Below are positions 10,315 through 20,146 of a stretch of DNA of 64,000 bases, in pieces; position 1 is the stretch's first letter, and each line of letters opens with the position of its first letter. A program made the translations under genes and the position numbers. Under the pieces are notes generated by a model. It was not told where the DNA came from, did not search any database, and was given only the letters and a program-made list of their open reading frames with translations. Origin of the DNA: an uncultured Nitrospiraceae bacterium (GTDB taxonomy: Bacteria; Nitrospirota; Thermodesulfovibrionia; Thermodesulfovibrionales; Dissulfurispiraceae); NCBI GenBank assembly GCA_963705105.1, contig CAVPIW010000014.1, positions 1 through 64,000 on the forward strand, given 5' to 3'.

Positions 10315-10348
10315 GCTACCAAATGCAAAACTAATTGCATTTGGTAGC
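10315..10348. promoter_or_regulatory. Perfect 14-bp inverted repeat upstream of the ATPase (operator, or terminator of the serpin gene)
   Basis: gctaccaaatgcaa-aactaa-ttgcatttggtagc. Confidence 0.6.
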
Positions 10349-10426
10349 TGATTAACCAGCATCAGACGGGTGTCGCTTCGTCCTGCGTTGTCATGCAACT
10401 GTATGGTTAACCGAGGAAATCATCTA

Positions 10427-11713
10427 TCATTCCGGCAAGGAAACCACCTTCCCCATAAAAAGTATCCATCCGGTCTGGCGGTCGCGGATCAGAAAGATAA
10501 AGGGATGATCGACTGTCAACGCCAGCTCGGGAGAAGGAACTGAGGGTGGCTCGGCAACGATCGCGGTCGCTGCCGTCGCCTCAGTCCCATCCTCGTCGAC
10601 GCCGATAAAGGCTTTGTGGAATACGCCTGCCACATACAGAGCGCGCCGTCCGTCGATACCGGAAAGGTCGGAGCGGATCCGATCAAACACTTCCGCCATG
10701 CCGAGGGATTGCAGGCTTTCAACCAGCGAGGCTGCTTTGGTGAAAGTGAACTTCGGCATGGAGAAGTCAATCATCTTGGTGGTCAACTGGTTCGTGATAT
10801 CAGACAGTATAGACGGCGTCAGCGAGGCGAGAAACTCATCCGGCGTGCCGGCATCAGGCATAAGCACGAGCATTGACAGGTCATGACCCGCATAGGGGAT
10901 ATCAACGGCCTGACAGCCGGCCACATGAGCATATGGTACCATGAACACCTGCTGCATGAAAGGCACAGATGATGACGAGCCGTCACGGTTGATAAAAGCT
11001 CGATCTCTTGTGCCGTTTTTCGGAAACTGTAAAGCCCAGTTTGCCTTAAACCAGACTGCGTTCGTCAACACAAAACGGGTATCGGTTGAAACTCTACCCG
11101 ACGGGATCAGATCTTTGATTCTCTTGTTCGTTTGCTCTTCCACCCAACTGTTAATGGTTTGACGCGAGGCTTCAGTGCTATTGATAAAATCGACGATATG
11201 CAGCTCGGCGCCGAAATTGACCGCAAGGGTGTCCAGATAGGCCGGCAATATGGCGAAGCCCTGTTGACCCCAAACGGCGTTGGCATTACTGAGCTTCGGC
11301 ATTTGCAGGCCTCCTGACAGAACTACACCGGTGGTCTTACCGGCAAGCAGAAGATCGAGCTTGTTGAAAGTGGGATTGAGGCGATCCTGGGGAAGCGGAA
11401 AGGATAAAACCCGTTCGATTTCGCTCAGTGTTGTCCCGCGTGCCCCCGGCGCCAGAAGCGCAAAGGCCTGAGTGATGCTGTGGGGCGAGAAAAAAGTGTT
11501 GTTATTCGGGTTCTCATCGAGCAGAGGGAAAAGCTTCAGGGCAAATTCCGTGTTGCCTGAAACCACTGCAGCAAGTTCCTCATCCGAGACCTGCGGAGCC
11601 ATGTCACGGGCAAGAGCGGACCTGGCAACCGTCTGTCCGCTGTTTCCGGAATCACTGCTGCAAGCAGCTGCCATGCAGAAAACAAAGATGGCAAACAACC
11701 AAATATAACGCAT
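10427..11713 (-). CDS. Serpin, predicted lipoprotein
   Basis: FFSPHSI, NAVWFKANW, hinge DEDGTEATAAT, DHPFIFLIRD; signal peptide ending AAAC. Confidence 0.93.
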   Translation of the reverse strand: MRYIWLFAIFVFCMAAACSSDSGNSGQTVARSALARDMAPQVSDEELAAVVSGNTEFALKLFPLLDENPNNNTFFSPHSITQAFALLAPGARGTTLSEIERVLSFPLPQDRLNPTFNKLDLLLAGKTTGVVLSGGLQMPKLSNANAVWGQQGFAILPAYLDTLAVNFGAELHIVDFINSTEASRQTINSWVEEQTNKRIKDLIPSGRVSTDTRFVLTNAVWFKANWALQFPKNGTRDRAFINRDGSSSSVPFMQQVFMVPYAHVAGCQAVDIPYAGHDLSMLVLMPDAGTPDEFLASLTPSILSDITNQLTTKMIDFSMPKFTFTKAASLVESLQSLGMAEVFDRIRSDLSGIDGRRALYVAGVFHKAFIGVDEDGTEATAATAIVAEPPSVPSPELALTVDHPFIFLIRDRQTGWILFMGKVVSLPE

Positions 11714-11793
11714 GGTCATCTCCTTTAACAAAGCGTTTGAGGTGTTTCGCCTCGGCCTCTATGCGCAACTGGGACGATAAATCACCGCCCCTT

Positions 11794-13911
11794 TTAATTC
11801 TGCGCGGCCCCTGTCAAGGTAAATGACATATCATGGGAGTGTCGAAAGACAGCTCCGTAGAAGACACCCTCATGCTCTATATCCGGCACATGGAGCGTCC
11901 CGTCCGATGACAACACAGCAGGCGTACAGTTGATAAATTGACTCGCCGCCGGCCCCGTGGATGCGTTCTTGAGAACCAGCTCCGAGACATCGAGAACATA
12001 CCGGAAATCCGCCTGATATAGTTGGCCGTTGAATGCCACAACGGGGACATGCAGGAGGAGGTCTCTCGAGAGTGTCGCTGCGCAATCGTTTCTCGAACTC
12101 CGTGAGAAGGACTGCAGGATTGTGCCCCCCTCTCCCACAGCGACAAAAGCTCCATTCCCGTAGCCCGCCGCACTCAGGCTGTGAGTCGTCTTGGGAACCT
12201 TGGGAAACCAATTTATGCCGTCAGGCGACGTCAGCACGGCGCCGTTATGACCGACTGCCATAAAGGCGCCGTTCTCATAGGCAACACCTCTAAGAGGGGG
12301 GCCCTCGGTGCTGCGCGTCGTCCAGTGTATCCCGTCCGGGGAGGTGGTGATAATATGGATCGGCGAGGGCGGCGCAAATCCGACGTGGAGCGTGCCGCCG
12401 ACGGCAACAAAGAGTCCGTTCCCGAAGGTCATGTCGTTCAATTCAAAATTCTCTTTGGACGGAGCATCTACGGGCGTCCAATGAACGCCGTCAGACGATA
12501 CGGCCCCGAGGGTGACAAAAACGCCGTTGCCGAAGGCGAGCAAATTGCCGCCCGCGGCTGTGGATGTCCGCGTCCATCGGATGCCGTCCTGCGAAGTCAA
12601 TATGGCATCGGCTCCTGCGGCGACAAAAAGCCCGCTACCGTAAATGACCCTTCTGAGAGAATAACGGGGATCTGCGTTCACGATAGACCATTGTATGCCG
12701 TCCTGAGAGGCGAGGATGAGGCCGTTGTCACCGACTGCAACAAAAAGTCCGCCGAATATGTCGTTTGCATGAGCTGCCGCATGAAGCATATTCGTTATCC
12801 CCGACAACCTGGACGACCACAGGACTCCATCGGGAGACGTGAGGAGCAGGCCGCAATGCTGCGCGATGTCATAGCCGACGGCGACGAAAACGCTGTTGCC
12901 GTGGGTGACGCCGTTTAATCGGTAAGAGGTCCCCGACGTCTTTGATGCCCAGGAAGACCCGTCGGGAGATGCGACGATGGCGCCCCCGTGTCCCACGACA
13001 ACAAAGGTCCCGTTTCCGTAGGCGACGTCGTGGATTTCTGCAATGTCTGAGCGCGTAACGTTCCATATGCCCCCGTCGGTCGATGTGGCGACAAGCCCGC
13101 TGCCAACAGCGACATGCAATCCGTTCGCATACTGAACCGCAAAGAAAGTGACTGCGCCTGGAGGTGATTCTATACGCCCTTGAGCCCAGTTCGTCCCGTC
13201 TGTCGATATCAGCACGATCCGATTATTCCCCACCGCAACGAACCTGCCGTTTGCGAATGTTATTCCAAATAGTCCGTCATCAACACCGGGGTTTGGGGGC
13301 ATCCAGGTGACGCCGTCTGTTGAGGTCAGGACAACGGTCTCCTTATGGCCGGCGCCGCCTCCCACGGCAACGAACAGACCGTTGCCGTAGGCGACGCCGT
13401 TCAGGGATTGAGAGGTTACCGCCGTCCTCTGCATCCACGATACGCCGTCGCTCGAGGTCACGACTGTCCCATTGTTTCCCACGGCGACATACAATCCGTT
13501 GCCGTACGTGACCGCGCGGAGCGTTCCAAAGGTCTGTGACGCGCGCGCAGTCCAGTTGATCCCGTCAGGTGAAGTGGTTATCACGCCGGAATTATCTTTC
13601 TCCCGTTCATCGCCTCCCACGGCGACAAAGAGATCGTTTCCGTGGTGTACGTCATAGAGGGTGGTCTTGATGATGTCCGCCTCCCTTTGCGTCCACGCTG
13701 TTGCATCGGGTGAGGTTATTACCGTTCCCGACGAGCCGACGGCCACAAAGATACCGTTCCCATAGGTGATACCGTAAAGGTCATTGCCCTGAGGCAGCGG
13801 GTTCCTCCAGTGCCAGCCGTCAGGTCCGGCATCGGCGCAGGGAACAATGATCGTTAATAGGGTGAGCAGATCCAGGATAACGGAGTAGAACGTCATTCTT
13901 TGGAGCTTCAT
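11794..13911 (-). CDS. Secreted repeat protein (14 YGNGxFVAVG...TSxDGxxW repeats, probably two beta-propellers) with duplicated small C-terminal domain
   Basis: Signal peptide; repeats counted in the translation; two LHVP...Y.A.F C-terminal units. Confidence 0.85.
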   Translation of the reverse strand: MKLQRMTFYSVILDLLTLLTIIVPCADAGPDGWHWRNPLPQGNDLYGITYGNGIFVAVGSSGTVITSPDATAWTQREADIIKTTLYDVHHGNDLFVAVGGDEREKDNSGVITTSPDGINWTARASQTFGTLRAVTYGNGLYVAVGNNGTVVTSSDGVSWMQRTAVTSQSLNGVAYGNGLFVAVGGGAGHKETVVLTSTDGVTWMPPNPGVDDGLFGITFANGRFVAVGNNRIVLISTDGTNWAQGRIESPPGAVTFFAVQYANGLHVAVGSGLVATSTDGGIWNVTRSDIAEIHDVAYGNGTFVVVGHGGAIVASPDGSSWASKTSGTSYRLNGVTHGNSVFVAVGYDIAQHCGLLLTSPDGVLWSSRLSGITNMLHAAAHANDIFGGLFVAVGDNGLILASQDGIQWSIVNADPRYSLRRVIYGSGLFVAAGADAILTSQDGIRWTRTSTAAGGNLLAFGNGVFVTLGAVSSDGVHWTPVDAPSKENFELNDMTFGNGLFVAVGGTLHVGFAPPSPIHIITTSPDGIHWTTRSTEGPPLRGVAYENGAFMAVGHNGAVLTSPDGINWFPKVPKTTHSLSAAGYGNGAFVAVGEGGTILQSFSRSSRNDCAATLSRDLLLHVPVVAFNGQLYQADFRYVLDVSELVLKNASTGPAASQFINCTPAVLSSDGTLHVPDIEHEGVFYGAVFRHSHDMSFTLTGAAQN

Positions 13912-13935
13912 GACTATCCTCCTGAACAGAGTTTT

Positions 13936-14326
13936 TTAACAGGGGCATGCGGTGCGGGGATTACCGGCAGCAAAGGGAATCGGGATTTCGATATACTTGC
14001 CGTTCATCAACGCCTCCCGGTAAACCAAGCCAGGGGTATCCTTGAGTTCCTCCCATCGCGATTGCGGCACAACAAGGATATCCATGGGCATGGAGATACT
14101 CGCGAAGCGCTCGTCGTATCCGAACGCTCTCCTTTCTCGGATTCTCAATCTCGTCTCGGGTAACGATCAGAACGTCCAAATCGCTGTTTATGCTTGTTTC
14201 TTCCCGCACATAGGAGCCGAAGAGAATAAGTTTCTCAGGACGGCAGATCTCGATGATCTTCCGGACTACCGCATCAACCTTCTCGGAAGTCACTTCCCAG
14301 GAATGTTTTATTTACCCGTGCGTCAT
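13936..14326 (-). pseudogene. Minimal nucleotidyltransferase (MNT) pseudogene with no adjacent HEPN partner
   Basis: LILFGSYVR...SDLDVLIV motif; in-frame TAA near the start and frameshift near 14100 (continues ISMPMDILVV). Confidence 0.8.
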
Positions 14327-14519
14327 CTGTCCATCCTCACCTTATGAACGGCGATAGGTCTGCCAATCACGGCAGCATTCATTGCTCTGTCGAATCACCT
14401 CTCTGTATATTACCTTCAGCATAGGCGCTCATTCCAGGCAAAGGCAAATAATTCTATACCGCCCCTGTTTTCCTAACAAGGAAACGAATGGAATGATCCA
14501 CGCAAACCTCGCCATGTGC

Positions 14520-16757
14520 TTACCTTTTGCATATAGCCGCAAGTTTGCCTATTTCGACATTAATTTTATCCCATATCCCATCAGCTGCATCCATGCTTTC
14601 CGCCGTTATCAATTGTTCGTACAGACCGCAAATGATTTTCTTTTGCGCCTGAACGTCCGGCCGTAGATTATCGCGAGGCCACCAAGATTCGTCGTCTGCA
14701 CTGAACATGCACCGGATCTGTTCAAAATTGCTTCGTGCCTGAGTCAGTGAATAATCACCGTTCGGCCCGCCGGTGACTTCATCGGCATTATAATCATCCT
14801 GCTGCCCGTCATCCTCCCAATCACATAAATAACAATATTCATAGGAGCGCTCATCGGGCAGAGTGGGATACCCGCAACAGGGACAGGTCACATTGCCTCG
14901 CAGATTCTCTTTGTGGACATCAAACCATGCGCGGCGAACATGAAATGGCGTCGTGGGGTCGTCGGGCGGTAAATCAGTAGGCGTCAGCCGAAGAAAATCA
15001 CATATTTTGCGATCGATTGAACGAGTCATGGTGACAAAGCGCTTGTCTATCCAGCCGGCCCAAATGACCTTTGCCGGCTTGTCCTCGAAAGCCCGCATCC
15101 ATTGTCCCGCCTTGATTCTGAAGTCCACGTCCTTCCATTTATATTCGAAGACGCGTCCCACAATTTCATCATCCTTCAATCTGGTTGTGTAGGCATCGGA
15201 ATGCCTTTCTTCAAATTCTCTCGCAGCCGATCTCAACTCTACTCTCGTCCTCTCTGCCGTATTCCACAGCAAATAGACCTGCCCGACATTGGTTCGGCCA
15301 ACCATCCTGTCAAAACATTCCATCAGCGTCCTTTTGGCAGCAAAAATGCCCGGTTCAGCATGGCAGCGAAAATAAACACCATCTGTCGGCTGAAACATAC
15401 AGAGGTATCGGTCAAAATTCAACCGAGCCCGCCGCAGGGAATAACCGAAGTTCATGTCCCCGGGTTCTGCGTCATCAAGATCATAACCGTCATCGGCAAC
15501 GTATGCATCCGCCCAGTCGCATAGATAACAGATTTCGTAATACCCCATGTCGTCATAGCACTCGATGTTGTTGTATTCCGGGTGAGTCAGCATCGTCGGG
15601 TATCCGCAGCAGGGACAGGTAAAATATCGGGAATATCCGAAATCCGCGGGAAAAGTCTGATGCAGCGGGACCTGCCTGAACTCGGGATGAAGGTCAAACC
15701 ATGTGCGCCGCTTCTGGAAAGGCCGCTCCATATCATCGGCAGGCGCGGAGGCTCCCTCGGGCGCGGCAATATCATGCACCCATGTCAAGGTGCCTCCTTT
15801 GCTCTTCAGCATGCCCTCAATTCGGTCACCATGCACCCATGTTTCGAGGCATACCGCGTAGGTGATCGAACCATCCGACTCGGGATTCAACGTCAACTGC
15901 GCAATGCGGATCCTGTCGCCATTGCGTTCAGCCGCTTGAAGCAGTGTCTTGCGGCACATAGCCACGAGATTGATATTTCTGAACTCCATCAGGTCCGCCG
16001 GGTCGATCCAGAGGTCAAGAAAATCAAGTCTGGCTGGAACGCCTTGGGAGAGAACCTGCGCACTGATGTATTCGCTCGATGCGCTAAATTGCGACACAAG
16101 GTTGTAAGCAATGCTCATCCAGCGGCCTGAAGGAGCCTTATGCCACTTCGGCTCACTTCGAGGCAGGCCGGCGGTAAGCTCTGCAATGGACGCCAAACCG
16201 TCCAGGCGAGACGTGCATTCAGTCGTCAGCTTGAAGCGTAGATCCGTCCTGCGGCAAACCCAGTAATAACTTGCGTCCAAAGCATCATAATGACGAAACC
16301 AGCCCTTCGGCGACGGCCACTCCGCGGCAGAGACGGCCATGCGTGCGATGACCAAGTCGGGGTCCATCTTCAATCTGGTCGCATGAATATAAAGGCGCCG
16401 GGTCGAGATCGGTTCGGCGAGCAGCGGTGATCGTCCATCGGGATGGATGCCCGTGATGTCCGGTTCGGATTGACTGGTTCTCAGTCTTAACCGCTCAAGG
16501 CGGCACAAAGCATCACGAATAATCTCTACTGGCTGCCTGTTGGCAATCCTCAGCTCAATTATCACACGCAGCCAATTTTCAAACAATGCATGCCAGAAAC
16601 TCTCCGGCAGATGCTTTGAAAAGGCAGCCGCCAGGCAGCGTTGAGCATCGAGTGGCGGCGCATCACTGCCGCGTTCGCGCAACCATTGAGCAACCATGCG
16701 CAGGTGTGCCGCCATCCGATTCGCATATATACGGTCGATCTCTGAAAGAACATCCAT
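14520..16757 (-). CDS. Protein or domain block with two cysteine-rich CPCC domains; possibly a separate gene starting MDVLSE
   Basis: TCPCCGYPT...EICYLCDW...YSLRRARLNF and TCPCCGYPTL...EYCYLCDWEDDG...YSLTQARSNF. Confidence 0.7.
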   Translation of the reverse strand: MDVLSEIDRIYANRMAAHLRMVAQWLRERGSDAPPLDAQRCLAAAFSKHLPESFWHALFENWLRVIIELRIANRQPVEIIRDALCRLERLRLRTSQSEPDITGIHPDGRSPLLAEPISTRRLYIHATRLKMDPDLVIARMAVSAAEWPSPKGWFRHYDALDASYYWVCRRTDLRFKLTTECTSRLDGLASIAELTAGLPRSEPKWHKAPSGRWMSIAYNLVSQFSASSEYISAQVLSQGVPARLDFLDLWIDPADLMEFRNINLVAMCRKTLLQAAERNGDRIRIAQLTLNPESDGSITYAVCLETWVHGDRIEGMLKSKGGTLTWVHDIAAPEGASAPADDMERPFQKRRTWFDLHPEFRQVPLHQTFPADFGYSRYFTCPCCGYPTMLTHPEYNNIECYDDMGYYEICYLCDWADAYVADDGYDLDDAEPGDMNFGYSLRRARLNFDRYLCMFQPTDGVYFRCHAEPGIFAAKRTLMECFDRMVGRTNVGQVYLLWNTAERTRVELRSAAREFEERHSDAYTTRLKDDEIVGRVFEYKWKDVDFRIKAGQWMRAFEDKPAKVIWAGWIDKRFVTMTRSIDRKICDFLRLTPTDLPPDDPTTPFHVRRAWFDVHKENLRGNVTCPCCGYPTLPDERSYEYCYLCDWEDDGQQDDYNADEVTGGPNGDYSLTQARSNFEQIRCMFSADDESWWPRDNLRPDVQAQKKIICGLYEQLITAESMDAADGIWDKINVEIGKLAAICKR

Positions 16758-19616
16758 CGTTGCTTTCACGAGGTTTCCGGCCCTTTCGCTGACTGCGCTT
16801 TTTCTTTGTTTTCTCGGCCGGTAATAGCTCGTATACTGCTGATAAAGCTCAAACAGAAACGCCACCCGCTCGGCGTCGGAGGCGAAACCCTTTTTGCCAT
16901 ATGCTGCGTCGACGGCCCGGTCGAGGGCCTGATGGGCCTTCCTCAGGTCGGGCGGCATGGCGACGGGGTCATAAAGGTCGGCCAATGACGACTCAGGATG
17001 AGCGGCGCGGGCGTCGAGAACGGCCTGTGCTGCCAGTTCGATGGCCTCTTGTTGCCTGTCGGACGGCGCGCTCGGCCAGGGGAAGTTGTTGTAGACGATC
17101 TGGTTAGAATAGCGATAATCGCTCTTAAGCCTTCCTGCTACGGCACGAACCCACGCCATGTGCATGACCGATGATGTGACACCGAACTCGTATAGCGAGG
17201 CATCCGGAACCATGAGGTTCAGGTTAGTCGATATCGTCTCATACGTGAGAAAACCTATCGGTATATAGAGACGCCGCTCAGATGACACACTCGGCACAAG
17301 CAGGTAATGACCTCTTGCGGGCTGGCGGTTTTCACCGAACAGGTATGGAGTTTGGGCGCGTGTTCGTGTTGCTGCCTTCTTACTGGCCAGGCGCATCCTG
17401 CGTACGGCTTCAACACGTTTCTTTACCTCCGGCAGCAACCGCAGTTCTCCGGGCTCGATCCCGACCAGCCACAGACACCAACGCTCCCTATTGTTGATGA
17501 ACTCGTCGGCGCCGAGCAGCGGACGTATCCACTTGGCCGCACCCGGCTCTCTGGATAGAAGAACCGCTTTCTCATCAGGAGTAAGAAGAAGATTCCCTCC
17601 GTCCGTGGGTTCGTTGCCCTTATACATCGGAGAGACCTGGCAAATGGGTGTATTTCTGCTTTCCATCGCGATATCTGCAGCGTCGACCAAATAGGGATTA
17701 ACGTTTCTTGCTGCGAGTGAATGCGGTGCCCCGCTCGGAGTGTCATAATCATAAATCATCTTCTTGTCGGTGTCATAGAGCGCAAAACCGATGATCACAC
17801 AGTGGACGGCGGCCGCACCCCTTGCTTCGTTGCTCCAGCGGAAGGTCCGATGGGCAAAATGAATCTTTATACCGAGACGCAACAATGCCGGCCATAGCAC
17901 GCCGACTTGCTCTCCCTGAGTTATCGAGTTCGTCGACACAAAGGCCACCTTGATCCGTTCGCGTGGAGGTTTAGGCGTTCCAGGCAGGTTATCCAGCAGC
18001 GCGGCAATCTTTTCATCTCCGCGGATATACCGGACGGCCTTGAGATACCATGCCGTCACGTAGTCGAGAACGCCGGAACCTTTAACGCCCGCGAACACCT
18101 GTTCCATGTCGGTTTGCTGTTCGGCAGTGCGATACTGCTTCCCCACAAACGGCGGGTTCCCCAAAATATAATCCACCTCTTCGGCCGATATCACCGTGTT
18201 CCAATCCATCCTCAAGGCATTTCCGCAATGAACCGATGCCGAGTGAATCAGCGGCAGGCGGCGGAAGTATTGGCCGAATTCCTCGGATATGAGCATGTTC
18301 ATCTGGTGGTCCGTCAGCCAGAGGGCGACCTGGGCTATCTGTGCGGGGAACTCCTCGATCTCTATGCCGTAGAACTGGTCGACATCGACCTGAACGAGCT
18401 GGAAGATGTCGAGGTGGCGCTGGCCGCTTTCGCGGGCGGCGCGGAGGATTTCGAGCTCAAGCCTGCGCAATTCCCGATAGGCGATGACCAGGAAATTTCC
18501 GCAGCCGCAGGCTGGGTCGAAGAACTTCAACCTCGATATCTTCTTATGCAGCTCGAAGAGCTTGTTCGCGCTTCTCTTCGAGGCATTGAACTCGGCCCAG
18601 AGGTCGTCAAGGAACAGCGGTTTGATCAGCTTCAGGATGTTCTCTTCGCTCGTGTAATGGGCGCCGAGGTTCCGGCGGCGGGCAGAGCCTTCCTCGTCCA
18701 TCACGCACTGGAATAAGGCCCCGAAGATGGCCGGCGAAATGCGGCCCCAATCAAGTCCGCAACAGTCGAGCAGAAGCTCGCGCATCGTGCGGTCGCAGGA
18801 CGGTATGGGCAAGGCCTCCTGGAAAAGCTTGCCGTTGACATAAGGGAATCCCGCCAGCATCTCGTCCAGGATCTTCTGGCGCCGCTCTTCCGGGGTATTG
18901 AGCACCTGAAAAAGCATTGAGAGCTGCTGTCCGAGGTCCGAGCCGTCCTCTTTGGTGCAGTTCTCGATGAATTCACGGAAAGCCCCGCGGGGCTCGAAGA
19001 GCGTGGTGTCATCCGCAAACAGGCAGAAGAGAACGCGCACAAGCAGCATCTCCAGTTGATGCCCTGTATAGCCGGAGGCACGCAGACGGTCGTGGAGCCT
19101 GCCCATGCGCTCCGCCGCCTTGAGATTGACCGGATCCTGGGCCTCGATTTTCTGGGGCGTGTAGCCTGCTATGAACCAGAAGAGCTTTATGTTCTTATAG
19201 AGGTCTTTGAGGGCGAACTCATCATGCGTCCCGGTGTCCAGGTCATAAAGGCGGATTCGGGCGAAATCGGATACGATCACGTAACGCGGCAGGTCACGCT
19301 CGGGCAAACCGGGAAAGTAGTTCAGCGCCTGTTCATAGGCGGTATCGAGGTCGCGGCCCCTCGATTTGTGTTCTGCGACAAGAACACCGCGCCAGAACAG
19401 GTCTATACGGCCGGTCTTCGCGCCGCCTTGATCGAAAAGCGGCAGGGCCTTCCTGACGGGCTCTTCAAAGGACGCGACGCGGCGGCGTGACACCCCGAAG
19501 ACATTGAAAAACTCGTTCCAGAAGGTCTGGGCCTCGGCCCTCTCGACCTTCTCGCCCGCCCACTCGCGGGAAAAGGCGAGCGCACGGTCTTTGATTTCAT
19601 TCAGCGATAACGGCAT
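14520..19616 (-). CDS. MmeI-like type IIL restriction-modification enzyme (first about 930 aa) read in frame into a roughly 745-aa CPCC-domain protein
   Basis: RIDLFW...AEHKS nuclease motif, LGAHYT, FDPACGCGNF (motif I), GNPPF (motif IV), C-terminal LADLYDP...FLFELYQ. Confidence 0.88.
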   Translation of the reverse strand: MPLSLNEIKDRALAFSREWAGEKVERAEAQTFWNEFFNVFGVSRRRVASFEEPVRKALPLFDQGGAKTGRIDLFWRGVLVAEHKSRGRDLDTAYEQALNYFPGLPERDLPRYVIVSDFARIRLYDLDTGTHDEFALKDLYKNIKLFWFIAGYTPQKIEAQDPVNLKAAERMGRLHDRLRASGYTGHQLEMLLVRVLFCLFADDTTLFEPRGAFREFIENCTKEDGSDLGQQLSMLFQVLNTPEERRQKILDEMLAGFPYVNGKLFQEALPIPSCDRTMRELLLDCCGLDWGRISPAIFGALFQCVMDEEGSARRRNLGAHYTSEENILKLIKPLFLDDLWAEFNASKRSANKLFELHKKISRLKFFDPACGCGNFLVIAYRELRRLELEILRAARESGQRHLDIFQLVQVDVDQFYGIEIEEFPAQIAQVALWLTDHQMNMLISEEFGQYFRRLPLIHSASVHCGNALRMDWNTVISAEEVDYILGNPPFVGKQYRTAEQQTDMEQVFAGVKGSGVLDYVTAWYLKAVRYIRGDEKIAALLDNLPGTPKPPRERIKVAFVSTNSITQGEQVGVLWPALLRLGIKIHFAHRTFRWSNEARGAAAVHCVIIGFALYDTDKKMIYDYDTPSGAPHSLAARNVNPYLVDAADIAMESRNTPICQVSPMYKGNEPTDGGNLLLTPDEKAVLLSREPGAAKWIRPLLGADEFINNRERWCLWLVGIEPGELRLLPEVKKRVEAVRRMRLASKKAATRTRAQTPYLFGENRQPARGHYLLVPSVSSERRLYIPIGFLTYETISTNLNLMVPDASLYEFGVTSSVMHMAWVRAVAGRLKSDYRYSNQIVYNNFPWPSAPSDRQQEAIELAAQAVLDARAAHPESSLADLYDPVAMPPDLRKAHQALDRAVDAAYGKKGFASDAERVAFLFELYQQYTSYYRPRKQRKSAVSERAGNLVKATMDVLSEIDRIYANRMAAHLRMVAQWLRERGSDAPPLDAQRCLAAAFSKHLPESFWHALFENWLRVIIELRIANRQPVEIIRDALCRLERLRLRTSQSEPDITGIHPDGRSPLLAEPISTRRLYIHATRLKMDPDLVIARMAVSAAEWPSPKGWFRHYDALDASYYWVCRRTDLRFKLTTECTSRLDGLASIAELTAGLPRSEPKWHKAPSGRWMSIAYNLVSQFSASSEYISAQVLSQGVPARLDFLDLWIDPADLMEFRNINLVAMCRKTLLQAAERNGDRIRIAQLTLNPESDGSITYAVCLETWVHGDRIEGMLKSKGGTLTWVHDIAAPEGASAPADDMERPFQKRRTWFDLHPEFRQVPLHQTFPADFGYSRYFTCPCCGYPTMLTHPEYNNIECYDDMGYYEICYLCDWADAYVADDGYDLDDAEPGDMNFGYSLRRARLNFDRYLCMFQPTDGVYFRCHAEPGIFAAKRTLMECFDRMVGRTNVGQVYLLWNTAERTRVELRSAAREFEERHSDAYTTRLKDDEIVGRVFEYKWKDVDFRIKAGQWMRAFEDKPAKVIWAGWIDKRFVTMTRSIDRKICDFLRLTPTDLPPDDPTTPFHVRRAWFDVHKENLRGNVTCPCCGYPTLPDERSYEYCYLCDWEDDGQQDDYNADEVTGGPNGDYSLTQARSNFEQIRCMFSADDESWWPRDNLRPDVQAQKKIICGLYEQLITAESMDAADGIWDKINVEIGKLAAICKR

Positions 19617-19855
19617 GAACGGGCATCCCCTCTCTTTTGCGTTTCCTCAATTATCCCGCCCTGTAAACCAATAGTCAAGCTCATGAACATAGGAGCGCGA
19701 GCTGCGGGTCGAAAAGTGTGAGCACCCCGATTACCGGATAGGGTGCCTCGAGGCTGTGGTACAATGGAAGGAACCCGAAGAGGCAAGGCCACCTTATCCG
19801 GGGCCGCCAAGGAACCGCTTAGCGCGGCACGAAGCTCTTCGGGTTTACAAGCCGC

Positions 19856-20146
19856 ATGGTGAATCAGTTTAAGGCGAGATATGACGCTCTACTGCCTTTG
19901 CCGGAGTTTCCCTTCGACAACAACTGGGTGCAGAGGGTGAGCACGTGGGATGACTTTCTCGAACGAGGAAAGGACGTCGCCATGTCGCTGCGCCGCCTGC
20001 AATACTCGGCTGCCGACTATGACCGCGATTTCAGGGAACTCGCACCCGAACTGCACGATCTGGTTCTGGAGGTTTTTTCGCTCACGGAAGAAGAGGACCG
20101 CGACCTCAGGGAGTGGGTCGACGAGCTCGATTTCCTTCACGACTGA
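19856..20146 (+). CDS. Hypothetical protein, possibly a gene remnant
   Basis: 96-aa acidic ORF in an otherwise empty gap; the frame continues upstream past TAG codons. Confidence 0.45.
   Translation: MVNQFKARYDALLPLPEFPFDNNWVQRVSTWDDFLERGKDVAMSLRRLQYSAADYDRDFRELAPELHDLVLEVFSLTEEEDRDLREWVDELDFLHD

Noticed and set aside
19772..19845. Integron attC site
   Set aside because: Ends do not fit RYYYAAC/GTTRRRY and there is no cassette array
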